Shown: positions 10,688-20,268 of the stretch, piece by piece
Layout: every line of letters begins with the position of its first letter
How positions within the stretch are numbered: the stretch's first letter is position 1
DNA from: Phycisphaerales bacterium
Lineage (GTDB): Bacteria; Planctomycetota; Phycisphaerae; Sedimentisphaerales; UBA12454
Direction of reading: 5' to 3'
DNA length: 64,000 bases
NCBI GenBank assembly: GCA_003142595.1
Contig: PLMU01000008.1
Span: forward strand, 57-64,056
Translations under genes and position numbers: made by a program
The notes under the pieces: model-generated
Seen by the model: the letters and a program-made list of their open reading frames with translations, nothing else
What the model was told of the DNA's origin: nothing
The model's database searches: none

Positions 10688-10727
10688 TTTAACAAAATTC
10701 TAACATTTCCTGCACATATTTCTAACA
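10688..10727 (+). promoter_or_regulatory. putative Pho-box array upstream of pstS
   Basis: TTTAACA(10688) TCTAACA(10699) CTGCACA(10710) TCTAACA(10721), at exact 11-bp phase. Confidence 0.45.
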
Positions 10728-10870
10728 ATTACATATTAAACTCATAATAGGAATGTGGTTATTAGAATTATACAGATAAATTTAAGTCCTTTTTCTATTG
10801 ACCGTTATGAATTAATTTTTAAAATATTGTCGGGGTAAGAAAATACCTAAAAAATGAAAGGAAAACTCAA

Positions 10871-11725
10871 ATGATGAAGAAATTTTATACAATCCTGACT
10901 ATCTTATTGGTTTCAATATCAGTTTTCGCCACACCGGGCAAAAATGTTGTCCAGATCAAAGGTTCGGACACTATGGTAAACGTCGGCCAAGCTTGGGCGG
11001 AAAAATATATGGAAGTAAATCCGCAGGATTTCATCTCCGTAACCGGCGGCGGGTCCGGCACAGGACTGTCGGCATTAATCAGCGGAACCTGCGATATAGC
11101 AATGAGTTCCAGAAACATAAAAGCCAAGGAAATTGAACTGGCCGGCAAAAAAGGAATAAAACCATTCGAGATAAAAGTCGCTCTTGACGGTCTTGCGGTA
11201 GTGGTAAATCCGAAAAATCCTGTCAGCAAGCTGACTACCGCGCAGCTTGCAGGAATTTTTACTGGTAAAATCACAAACTGGAAACAGGTAGGCGGGCCGG
11301 ACAGTAAAATTGTTATTCTCTCCAGAGAGGTAAATTCCGGCACACACGTTTATTTCAAAGAGCACATCCTGCGAAGAAATGACCCAAATTCCACAGAAGA
11401 ATTCGCCGGTTCGGCGCTTATGCTGTCTTCTTCACAGGCAATCGCTGACGAAGTGGCAGGTAATTCGGACGCCATCGGCTACTACGGGATGGGATATATT
11501 TCCAATAAACAAAAAGCAATCAGCATAGCTAAAGACCCGAATTCGGAGTTTGTCTCTCCAACAATTGAAAATGTAATAAGCGGCAAATATCCTATATCGC
11601 GTCCGCTGCTGCTATATACAAACGGCCAGCCGCTGGGGCTGGTAAAGAAATTTGTAGATTTTGCCCTGTCAAAAGAAGGTCAGGAAATTGTAAAGAAAAC
11701 GGATTTTGTACCTGTTGTTAAATAA
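10871..11725 (+). CDS. pstS: phosphate ABC transporter substrate-binding protein PstS
   Basis: Signal peptide, then IKGSDTMVN..GGGSGTG..SSR motifs of the PstS/PBP family. First gene of pstSCAB. Confidence 0.9.
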   Translation: MMKKFYTILTILLVSISVFATPGKNVVQIKGSDTMVNVGQAWAEKYMEVNPQDFISVTGGGSGTGLSALISGTCDIAMSSRNIKAKEIELAGKKGIKPFEIKVALDGLAVVVNPKNPVSKLTTAQLAGIFTGKITNWKQVGGPDSKIVILSREVNSGTHVYFKEHILRRNDPNSTEEFAGSALMLSSSQAIADEVAGNSDAIGYYGMGYISNKQKAISIAKDPNSEFVSPTIENVISGKYPISRPLLLYTNGQPLGLVKKFVDFALSKEGQEIVKKTDFVPVVK

Positions 11726-11731
11726 GGGATT

Positions 11732-12598
11732 ATGCGAAAGTTTAAGGAATTCCTGATTGAAAAACTAATCCTCATCTGCGGATTGGCATCGATATTTTTT
11801 GTAGTTTTGATTTTTTTGTTCCTTCTCAAAGAGGGGCTGGCGGTATTCAAATCCGTCTCGCCGGCAAAATTTCTGCTCGGCAGTAAATGGTATCCAATTT
11901 CCGAACCACCGCAGCTCGGCATTTTGCCTCTGATAATGGGCTCACTGCTGGTCACATTAGGGGCAGCGGTTATTTCAATTCCAATCGGCGTCGCAAGCGC
12001 AATTTATATCGCGGAAGTCGCTCCGGCAAAACTAAAAGAAATTCTTAAAGCCGGTATCGAACTTCTGGCGGCTATACCAAGCGTCGTATTGGGGTTTATC
12101 GGTATGGTAACGCTGGTGCCATGGGTAAAAACTATCTTTCACCTGCCGACAGGTCTTACCGCCCTGTCCGGCTCGATAATGCTGGCTTTTATGGCAATGC
12201 CGACGATAGTTTCAATCGCCGAAGACGCTCTTTACTCCATACCCAAATCTTACAAAGAAGGAGCATTAGCTCTTGGCGCGACTCGCTGGCAGGCAATTTG
12301 GCGGGTAATGCTTCCTGCGGCATCGAGCGGAATTCTTGCCGCTGTAATGCTGGGATTAGGCAGGGTCATCGGCGAAACAATGGCGGTTATGATGATTACC
12401 GGAAACGCCGCCGTTTTACCGCACAGCATTTTGCAGCCGGTGCGAACACTAACGGCGACAATCGCAGCGGAAATGGGCGAAGCGGTAGTTGGAAGCGAAC
12501 ATTATTTTGCTTTGTTTGCAATAGGTATAGTTCTGTTTATTATAAGTTTCGCAATTAATGTGACGGCGGATATTTTCCTGCACAAAAGAAAATGGTAA
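11732..12598 (+). CDS. pstC: phosphate ABC transporter permease PstC
   Basis: Six TM segments and EAA-like loop EGALALGATRWQAIWRVMLP. Confidence 0.9.
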   Translation: MRKFKEFLIEKLILICGLASIFFVVLIFLFLLKEGLAVFKSVSPAKFLLGSKWYPISEPPQLGILPLIMGSLLVTLGAAVISIPIGVASAIYIAEVAPAKLKEILKAGIELLAAIPSVVLGFIGMVTLVPWVKTIFHLPTGLTALSGSIMLAFMAMPTIVSIAEDALYSIPKSYKEGALALGATRWQAIWRVMLPAASSGILAAVMLGLGRVIGETMAVMMITGNAAVLPHSILQPVRTLTATIAAEMGEAVVGSEHYFALFAIGIVLFIISFAINVTADIFLHKRKW

Positions 12599-13440
12599 AT
12601 TCCAAAAAAACAGAAAAAATAGCGTTCTTTTTCCTGTTCCTGGCAACGATGCTTATCATTGTGCCGATCGGCCTGATTGTTGTCATTATCTTTCAAAAGG
12701 GAATCGGAGCGATAAGCTGGCAGTTCCTTACAGATGTTCCGCGGCAGGGAATGCGGGCGGGCGGAATATTTCCTGCTATTGTCGGAACAGTTTACCTTGT
12801 CGTAGGTGCGATTATTTTTGCCCTGCCAGTGGGTCTGCTTTCGGCAATTTATCTGAGCGAATACGCCAAAGATAATTACCTGACGCGGATAATAAAACTT
12901 GCGATAGTAAATCTGGCGGGTGTGCCTTCTGTTGTTTACGGCCTATTCGGCGTGGCAATTTTTGTGGTCTTTTTCAATTTCGGCACTTCAATTCTCTCCG
13001 GCTCGCTGACTTTGGGAATTATGATTCTGCCGGTCATCATCACCGCATCACGCGAGGCGCTGGAAAGCGTCCCCAATTCGTTCCGCGAAGCAAGTTTGTC
13101 GCTGGGAGCAAGCAAATGGCAGACGATACGTCATATTGTCCTGCCAAACGCCATACCCGGCATATTGACAGGCACGATTCTTGGTCTGGGAAGAGCCGCC
13201 GGCGAAACGGCGCCGATTTTATTTACCGTCGCTGCGTTTTATCTGCCGCAACTGCCGAAAAGCATTTTCGACCAGGCAATGGCCCTGCCATACCATCTTT
13301 ATGTAATCTCAACGCAGGTTCCTAACGTCGATGAAAAAATAAGATACGGCACTGCCCTTGTCCTTTTGTTCCTCGTCTTATTTATGAATTTAATAGCTAT
13401 CATTATTCGTTATCAGTTCAGGAAACAGAAAAAATGGTAA
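12592..13440 (+). CDS. pstA: phosphate ABC transporter permease PstA
   Basis: EAA loop REASLSLGASKWQTIRHIVLP. Overlaps pstC by 7 nt. Confidence 0.9.
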   Translation: MVNSKKTEKIAFFFLFLATMLIIVPIGLIVVIIFQKGIGAISWQFLTDVPRQGMRAGGIFPAIVGTVYLVVGAIIFALPVGLLSAIYLSEYAKDNYLTRIIKLAIVNLAGVPSVVYGLFGVAIFVVFFNFGTSILSGSLTLGIMILPVIITASREALESVPNSFREASLSLGASKWQTIRHIVLPNAIPGILTGTILGLGRAAGETAPILFTVAAFYLPQLPKSIFDQAMALPYHLYVISTQVPNVDEKIRYGTALVLLFLVLFMNLIAIIIRYQFRKQKKW

Positions 13441-14186
13441 CAACCAGGATTGATATTAAAAATCTGAATATCTGGTTCGGCGATATGCAGCCGTTAAAGA
13501 ACCTCAGCATTAAGATATATGCCAATGAAATTCTGAGCATCATCGGACCTGCCAATAGCGGAAAGACGACTTTTTTAAGAATGCTCAACCGACTTAATGA
13601 ACTCGAGTCGAACTTTAAAATGACCGGCCAGATAGAATTCGATAATAGAGATATTATGAAAATGGGTATCGAACTGCTGCGAAAAAAAATAGGTATGGTT
13701 TTTGCCCTGCCTTTGCCTCTGCCGCTGTCGATATTTGATAATATCGCTTACGGGCCGAGGATGCACGGAGTAAAAGGCAAAAAGAAACTGGCCGAAATTG
13801 TCGAACAGGCGCTCCAAAAATCATATCTTTGGGATGAAGTTAAAGACAGGCTTGAAACTTCCGCATTTAAATTATCGGGCGGCCAGCAGCAGCGGCTTTG
13901 CATCGCAAGAACTCTGGCGGTCGAGCCGGAGGTTATATTATATGATGAGCCCTGCTCGGGTCTTGACCCCATATCGACGGCAAAAGTGGAAGAAGCAATG
14001 CTCAAACTTAAACGGGATTATTCGCAGGTGCTGGTAACCAATAATGTTAAACAGGCCGCTCGCGTCGGCGACAGCACAGCGTTCTTTTTGAGCGGAGAAT
14101 TGATTGAAGTTGATAAGACCGACAAAATTTTCACTGCACCGGAAGACAAACGCACAGACGGTTATATTAGAGGAAAATTCGGATAA
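13434..14186 (+). CDS. pstB: PstB-type ABC ATPase, paralogue 1 (Q-loop and H-loop degenerate)
   Basis: Walker A GPANSGKT, signature LSGGQQQR and Walker B ILYDEP are intact. The Q-loop reads MVFALP (Gln to Ala) and the H-loop reads [10 protein letters not shown] (His to Asn). Confidence 0.85.
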   Translation: MVTTRIDIKNLNIWFGDMQPLKNLSIKIYANEILSIIGPANSGKTTFLRMLNRLNELESNFKMTGQIEFDNRDIMKMGIELLRKKIGMVFALPLPLPLSIFDNIAYGPRMHGVKGKKKLAEIVEQALQKSYLWDEVKDRLETSAFKLSGGQQQRLCIARTLAVEPEVILYDEPCSGLDPISTAKVEEAMLKLKRDYSQVLVTNNVKQAARVGDSTAFFLSGELIEVDKTDKIFTAPEDKRTDGYIRGKFG

Positions 14187-14938
14187 TGCTGAACATTCAG
14201 GCTGACAATTTGAATCTTTGGTACAGCGATTTTCACGCGTTGATAAACGTCAATACCACCTTTGCGGAAAAGCAAATTACCGCCATAATAGGTCCATCGG
14301 GCTGCGGCAAGTCAACACTGCTGCGGACTTTTAACCGGATGAACGATTTAATCGAAGGCGTAAAAACAAGCGGAAAAGTCCTGATTGATAATGAAAATAT
14401 TCTTGACGAAAACGCGGATTTGGTCGTATTGCGGAAAAAAGTCGGTATGGTTTTCCAGAGGCCCAACCCGTTTCCGCTGTCGATATATGAAAATATCGCT
14501 TTCGGCCTGAAAATCCATAACCCTGTAAGCAGGAGTATGCTGGACCAAGCAGTCCAGGAAAGCCTTGAGCAGGTCAGCCTGTGGGATGAGTTAAAAGATA
14601 AACTCAAAAAATCAGCTTTCAGCCTGTCTTTGGAGCAAAGACAGAGACTTTGCATTGCAAGGCTGGCGGCAGTTAAACCCAGCGTGCTGCTGATGGATGA
14701 GCCTTGCTCGGCACTGGACCCGCAAGCGACAGCGAGAATCGAAGAATTAATGCAGGAATTAAAACGAAATTATACTATAATAATAGTAACTCATAATATG
14801 CAGCAGGCGGCACGGGTTTCGGATGAAACCGGATTTATGCTGCTTGGAGAACTGATAGAGTTCGGAAAAACCGAAGATATATTTACCAGGCCGAAAGATA
14901 AACGAACCGAAGACTATATAACCGGCAGATACGGCTAA
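14186..14938 (+). CDS. pstB: PstB-type ABC ATPase, paralogue 2 (signature motif degenerate)
   Basis: Walker [10 protein letters not shown]-loop [10 protein letters not shown], Walker B LLMDEP and H-loop [10 protein letters not shown] are intact. The signature reads LSLEQRQR instead of LSGGQQQR. Confidence 0.9.
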   Translation: MLNIQADNLNLWYSDFHALINVNTTFAEKQITAIIGPSGCGKSTLLRTFNRMNDLIEGVKTSGKVLIDNENILDENADLVVLRKKVGMVFQRPNPFPLSIYENIAFGLKIHNPVSRSMLDQAVQESLEQVSLWDELKDKLKKSAFSLSLEQRQRLCIARLAAVKPSVLLMDEPCSALDPQATARIEELMQELKRNYTIIIVTHNMQQAARVSDETGFMLLGELIEFGKTEDIFTRPKDKRTEDYITGRYG

Positions 14939-14951
14939 AAGGAGCAATAAA

Positions 14952-15620
14952 ATGGAAAGACATTTTGACGACGAATTAAAACTGTTGCGCGTGGATATTT
15001 TAAAAATGAGCGACCTTGCGCGCCAGGCGATTACCAAATCCATCGAGGCGCTGACGAACCGCGATAAAGCTCAGGCTCAAAATGTTATTAACGACGATAA
15101 TAATATCGATGAACTGGAACTTACGATTGATGAGAAATGCATAGATTTAATCGCCCGCTACCAGCCGATGGCAAAGGACCTTCGTTTTATCACGACCGGC
15201 CTAAAACTCAACGCCGAGCTTGAACGCATCGCCGATTTAGCTGTTGATATAGCTCAGAGGGTGCTGGAAATATCCGATAAACCATTATTAAAACCTCTCA
15301 TTGATATTCCGAAGCTGTCCGATGTGGCGCAGAATATGGTTCGCGAGGCGATAGACTCGTTTATCAAAAAAGATATCGGCCTGGCCAATAAGGTCATAAC
15401 TTCCGATGAAGAGGCGGACAAACTCCGCGATAGGATTTGCGCAGAGTTAATCAACGATTATATGTCGAAAGACACCTCTTCAGCTACGCGAGCGGTCCCG
15501 CTTTTGCTGATAGCCCGGCATCTGGAAAGAATATGCGACCACGCATCCAATATCGCTGAGGATATTATCTATATGGTCGAAGGCAAAACGATAAAACATC
15601 ATCACGAAGAGTTAAAATAA
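14952..15620 (+). CDS. phoU: phosphate signalling regulator PhoU
   Basis: 222 aa with two PhoU repeats (ERIADLAVDIA, ERICDHASNIAEDI). Follows pstB. Confidence 0.9.
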   Translation: MERHFDDELKLLRVDILKMSDLARQAITKSIEALTNRDKAQAQNVINDDNNIDELELTIDEKCIDLIARYQPMAKDLRFITTGLKLNAELERIADLAVDIAQRVLEISDKPLLKPLIDIPKLSDVAQNMVREAIDSFIKKDIGLANKVITSDEEADKLRDRICAELINDYMSKDTSSATRAVPLLLIARHLERICDHASNIAEDIIYMVEGKTIKHHHEELK

Positions 15621-15653
15621 TAAAAAATACCATTTTCTTAAAGGAGTGAGAAA

Positions 15654-16982
15654 GTGCTGAACAAGATTTTCAGACTTGAGAAAAGAAACACATCTGTAAA
15701 AACTGAAATTATCGCAGGAACAACAACATTTCTTACAATGGCGTATATCATCTTTGTGAATCCGGCGATTTTGTCGCAAGCGGGGATGGATAAGCCCGCT
15801 CTAATAGCGGTTACCTGTCTTGTGACTGCAATCGCAACAATCGCTACAGGAATTTTTGCCAATGCGCCGATAGCAATGGCACCCGGCATGGGCCTTAACG
15901 CGTTTTTCGCGTATATGCTCGTAATCACTCAAAAAATAAGCTGGCAGACGGCGATTGGCGTGGTTTTTATGTCGGGCCTGTTTTTTCTGATTCTTACACT
16001 TATCGGCCTGCGAAAAAAGCTTGTCGAGGCAATTCCCGCTTCGCTGATTTCGGCTATCTCGGTCGGCATCGGTCTTTTTATAACATTCATCGGACTGCAA
16101 AATCTCGGCATCGTAATCGCCCATCCGCAAACGCTGGTTCAGGCTGCAAATCTGAGCACAACCATAATGATAGGTCTTGCAGGATTAATTGTAATGATTT
16201 TTCTCGAAATGAAAAAAATAAAAGGTTCGCTTTTAATAGGGATAATTGTATCAACCGTTCTTGCGATTTTGCTGGGCAAATTTTTACCTGAAAAAGACAA
16301 AATCATCGTCCCCCAAACACTTGCATCAGCTAATATCAGCATTGCCGCTGTTGCAATGAAGCTCGACATCATTGGCACTTTGAAATGGAGTCTTTTCGGC
16401 AGCATATTCTCGCTGATGTTTATGGATATGTTCGACAGTATCGGAACGCTTGTCGCCTGCTGCAGCGAAGCAAAAATGGCCGATGAAAAAGGAAAAATAA
16501 AGGAACTCGACCGGCTGCTGACGATAGACGCCGGTGCATCTATGTTCGGCGCAATGATGGGAACTTCGACAACAACATCATATATCGAATCGGCAGCGGG
16601 AATCGAACAAGGCGGCAGAACAGGCCTTACATCCATCGTAACGGGCATTTTATTTTTAATCGCAATGCTATTTGTGCCGGTTGTGGGGATTGTGCCGATT
16701 TACGCAACGGCGCCGGCCCTGATAATGGTCGGTCTTTTTATGATAAAGGAAATCAAAAAAATTGATTTTGTGCAAATGGAAAACGCCTTTCCGGCATTTA
16801 TTATAATTATAATGATTGCACTAAGCTACAGTATAAGCACGGGGCTTGCATTCGGATTTATCTCGTTTGCGGTGCTTAAAATAATCGCGGGCAAAGCAGG
16901 TCAAATCAAGCCTGTAATGTGGCTGATAACGGGATTGTCGATATTGTATTTTATTATACCGCTGCTTGCTAAAGGTTCTTGA
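15654..16982 (+). CDS. NCS2/AzgA-family purine (adenine/guanine/hypoxanthine) permease
   Basis: EIIAGTTTFLTMAYIIFVNP.. N-terminal signature and SYIESAAGI motif. GTG start 8 nt after AAGGAG. Confidence 0.85.
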   Translation: MLNKIFRLEKRNTSVKTEIIAGTTTFLTMAYIIFVNPAILSQAGMDKPALIAVTCLVTAIATIATGIFANAPIAMAPGMGLNAFFAYMLVITQKISWQTAIGVVFMSGLFFLILTLIGLRKKLVEAIPASLISAISVGIGLFITFIGLQNLGIVIAHPQTLVQAANLSTTIMIGLAGLIVMIFLEMKKIKGSLLIGIIVSTVLAILLGKFLPEKDKIIVPQTLASANISIAAVAMKLDIIGTLKWSLFGSIFSLMFMDMFDSIGTLVACCSEAKMADEKGKIKELDRLLTIDAGASMFGAMMGTSTTTSYIESAAGIEQGGRTGLTSIVTGILFLIAMLFVPVVGIVPIYATAPALIMVGLFMIKEIKKIDFVQMENAFPAFIIIIMIALSYSISTGLAFGFISFAVLKIIAGKAGQIKPVMWLITGLSILYFIIPLLAKGS

Positions 16983-17829
16983 TAAAGGCCCCTGCCATAA
17001 AAGAAATCAGAATCAGATAATCGAGGTCTTCGAGGCTGTAATGTTCGTGGTCGAGCGAGCTATCGGCATAAAGCACACCGAAACAGTCGTTTTCGCATAC
17101 TATCGGAGATATTATTGCCGAGCCGATTTTTTCGCCTTCACTTTGTAACGGCATGCGGGGGATATGAATATAACTTTTATTTTTTATCGCCTCATTCACT
17201 TTCGACGCGAAATGCAACTCATCGAGCCTGACGGTTTGCCCGCTGATTTTTCTGCCTTTTGAAATCTCCATCGGCCCGGACGAACCTTTTCGCAGCCCAA
17301 CCCATCCGTGAAAAGGCTTGAACTGGCGAAACACCACTTCCATCAACACACCAAGCAGTTCCTGAGTATCGAGACATTTGCATATTGCCGAAGCGGCAGC
17401 AGAAAATTCTTTTCCGCGACTGGCAGGCATTTTTATAGCCTGAACATTTGCGCTGTCCAGATGACGCAAAACTATCTGCGGCTCCTGCAGGCTGGCGTGA
17501 AGTGTTTCTCCGAGACTTATGCCGCTTGCCTGTTTTCCGGATTCTTCTTCGTGAATTTCAATAAAAAACTCGGCGATTTTCAGGGCATCGCCCTCTTTTA
17601 TTTCCGCTTTGTGAATAGCCTCGTTATTCAGATATGTCTTATTAACGGAATCAAGGTCTTCAACAATCCATTTGTTATCGGTTGTGGTATAAAGAACGGC
17701 GTGCTGGCGTGAAACAGCTTTGTCAGGAAGAAAAACCTGGCTGCCAATCTGCCTGCCTATATAAATCGGCCCGATTGAAAACCGCATTTCATTTATTATA
17801 TTATCTCCGCGTTTTATAGTAAGCCGCAT
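16969..17829 (-). CDS. FHA domain plus GAF-like domain protein
   Basis: N-terminal FHA (IYIGR...VSRQHAVLY...WIVEDLDSVNKTYLN). The C-terminal half looks GAF-like. Its 3' end overlaps the permease 3' end by 14 nt (convergent genes). Confidence 0.7.
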   Translation of the reverse strand: MRLTIKRGDNIINEMRFSIGPIYIGRQIGSQVFLPDKAVSRQHAVLYTTTDNKWIVEDLDSVNKTYLNNEAIHKAEIKEGDALKIAEFFIEIHEEESGKQASGISLGETLHASLQEPQIVLRHLDSANVQAIKMPASRGKEFSAAASAICKCLDTQELLGVLMEVVFRQFKPFHGWVGLRKGSSGPMEISKGRKISGQTVRLDELHFASKVNEAIKNKSYIHIPRMPLQSEGEKIGSAIISPIVCENDCFGVLYADSSLDHEHYSLEDLDYLILISFMAGAFIKNL

Positions 17830-17914
17830 TTATAACCTCCACTGTCACATTTGGACCGATATAATCAACAACAAGATTATATTATTTCTACAACCGGCCT
17901 GTCAAGCATTTATA

Positions 17915-19540
17915 TCAGGCGAATTCAATATGAGTTTTGAATTTTATATCGTTTTCTTCCGGAAAATCGCTGCGGAAATGAACGCCTCTGCTTTCAGTTC
18001 TCGCTTCAGCCGCTTTTGCCATCATTTGGCAAACGGTGAGCATATTTTGACATTCCCAGCCCGGCGGCGAATCAAAAACCTTGTCCAGCACATATCGCTG
18101 CCAGAAACTAATAATCTCCTGAGCCTCGGCAAGCGGTTTTTCCTGACGTGTTATTCCGACATTTCGCCACATAAGCGAACGAAGCGAATTAAGCACGTCA
18201 ACGGTATCAAGCCTGCTTCTGTCTGATTTTGGAATATCACAGCGGAATTTTTTAAGGCTTGTGCCGTTCCTGCCGCCCTGCTCTGCCGCCAGTCTGCCGG
18301 CGATTCTGCCAAAGACAAGACCTTCCAGCAGCGAATTGCTGCCGAGCCTGTTTGCACCGTGCAGACCGGTCGATGCGACTTCGCCGCAGGCAAGAAGATT
18401 GGCGATATTAGTCCGAGCCAGCATATCTGTTTTCACGCCGCCAATCATATAATGTGCGCTTGGGCGGACAGGTATAAGGTCTTTGCTTATGTCGATATCA
18501 AAACTTGTCACAATTTCGCTGATAAGCGGAAAACGTTTCGCGAAATGTTCTTTATCAAAATGGCGGATATCAAGAAAAACATGGGTAGCACCCGTTTTGA
18601 GCATTTGCGTGTGAATCGCCCTGCTGGCAATATCGCGGGGAGCAAGTTCGGCGTCTTTGTGATAATCAGCCATAAAGGCATAATTATTGATGTCTCGCAA
18701 AATCGCGCCTTCGCCGCGAAGTGTCTCGGTAATGAGAGCCCTCGAAGCGCCTGCGATATAAAGCGTCGTCGGATGAAACTGCATAAATTCCATATCCCGC
18801 ATAAGTGCTCCGGCGCGGATGGCCATTGCGTGACCGTCGGCAGTTGCGACTTCAGGATTGGTAGTCTCGCGGTAAAGCCTGCCTGCGCCGCCAGTGGCCA
18901 GAATTGTGGTTTTCGCCCAGATAATTTCCATTGCGCCTTTGGCATTTTGGCCGATTACGCCGATGCAGCCGGCTTCATCATTGGTAATAAGGTCGATTGT
19001 ATAGAAATTTTCGACAATGGTAATATTATCGAACTGTCTGACTTTGTTTAAAAGAGCCTGCGCAATCGCTTTGCCGGTGTTGTCGCCCAGTGCGTGAGCG
19101 ACGCGAGCGTGACTATGGCCGCCTTCGAATGTAATTGCGATTGAGCCGTCTTTCTGCTTATCAAATTCCGCGCCCCATTTGAGCAGTTCCCTGACAAGCT
19201 CTGGCCCGTCTTTAACAACCTGTTCGACAGTATTGCGGTCGTTAATGCTGCAGCCGGTCGTGAGGGTATCTTCAATATGCGAAGCGAAAGTGTCGTCGCT
19301 GCCGAGCACAGATGCGATGCCGCCCTGAGCGTTCCAGGTATTGCTGTCTTCAAGCGTTCTTTTGCAAACAAGAACGACTTCACAGCCTCTGGATGCCGCT
19401 TCTATCGCCGCGCGAAGTCCCGCGACGCCGGCGCCGATTATCAAACAATCCGTAAATAACTGCTGAGTGGCTGCGGTGTTTATCGGCACAAGATAACGCC
19501 GCAGCTCAGGTCTTTTTAAAATTATCGGTTTATCGTTCAT
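17915..19540 (-). CDS. nadB: L-aspartate oxidase
   Basis: FAD motif IIGAGVAGLRAA, HYMIGGV, GANRLGSNSLLEGLVFG and ESRGVHFRSDFPE. Confidence 0.9.
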   Translation of the reverse strand: MNDKPIILKRPELRRYLVPINTAATQQLFTDCLIIGAGVAGLRAAIEAASRGCEVVLVCKRTLEDSNTWNAQGGIASVLGSDDTFASHIEDTLTTGCSINDRNTVEQVVKDGPELVRELLKWGAEFDKQKDGSIAITFEGGHSHARVAHALGDNTGKAIAQALLNKVRQFDNITIVENFYTIDLITNDEAGCIGVIGQNAKGAMEIIWAKTTILATGGAGRLYRETTNPEVATADGHAMAIRAGALMRDMEFMQFHPTTLYIAGASRALITETLRGEGAILRDINNYAFMADYHKDAELAPRDIASRAIHTQMLKTGATHVFLDIRHFDKEHFAKRFPLISEIVTSFDIDISKDLIPVRPSAHYMIGGVKTDMLARTNIANLLACGEVASTGLHGANRLGSNSLLEGLVFGRIAGRLAAEQGGRNGTSLKKFRCDIPKSDRSRLDTVDVLNSLRSLMWRNVGITRQEKPLAEAQEIISFWQRYVLDKVFDSPPGWECQNMLTVCQMMAKAAEARTESRGVHFRSDFPEENDIKFKTHIEFA

Positions 19541-19542
19541 TA

Positions 19543-20268
19543 TTAAATCTTCAACCAGTTAACTTTTTTTAGATTTTTTAAAACCTTTTGACCGATTATG
19601 AACTTTTTCATATTCGTTTTATTATCAAAAGGGACAACAGCTAAAATTCTGACTTCACCCAGTTTTGCGATTATTCGTGCATTTGATTTTTCCGCAAAGT
19701 CTTTAGTCGTTTCATCATAACCGTTAATGACAACGCCTGCAAGCAAAAGTCCTGCGCCGCGAATAGCGTCAATAGTCAAAAGTGTATGATTTATTGTGCC
19801 TAATTTCGACCTTGCGACAATTACGACAGGCAACTTGAATGCCTTGGCAAGGTCAAGGACATTAAGTCTATCTGTTATAGGCACTTTTACTCCGCCAATA
19901 GCTTCGACAATGACAAAATCGCTATTTCGACAAATTTGTTTGTATGCATCGGCTATTTTTTTTAAATTCACTTTCTTATTTTCCGCTTTTTCGCAGGCAA
20001 ACGGTGCGGCAGGAGTCTTAAAAGTTATAGGATTTATTATATCGAGTGCTAATTTGCTGTTTGCACATCGAGCAAGAAACTGAGCATCCTGACCAATAAA
20101 ACCTTTTTTTGTTTTTTTACAGCCGGTTGCGACAGGTTTAAACACGCCTATTTTTTTACCCTTTTGTGAAAGTATTTTCGCAATCGCACCTGCAATTAGA
20201 GTTTTGCCAACACCGGTATCAGTGCCGGTAATAAAAATGCCTTTATGTTTTGGAAATTGAAATTTCAT
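19543..20268 (-). CDS. bioD: dethiobiotin synthase
   Basis: FITGTDTGVGKT P-loop, VEAIGG, 241 aa. Overlaps the bioA stop. Confidence 0.85.
   Translation of the reverse strand: MKFQFPKHKGIFITGTDTGVGKTLIAGAIAKILSQKGKKIGVFKPVATGCKKTKKGFIGQDAQFLARCANSKLALDIINPITFKTPAAPFACEKAENKKVNLKKIADAYKQICRNSDFVIVEAIGGVKVPITDRLNVLDLAKAFKLPVVIVARSKLGTINHTLLTIDAIRGAGLLLAGVVINGYDETTKDFAEKSNARIIAKLGEVRILAVVPFDNKTNMKKFIIGQKVLKNLKKVNWLKI

Noticed and set aside
18359-19051. 230-aa plus-strand ORF, plus several 60-145 aa ORFs in the same region
   Set aside because: They are antisense to or out of frame within nadB, whose identity is unambiguous. No motifs were seen.
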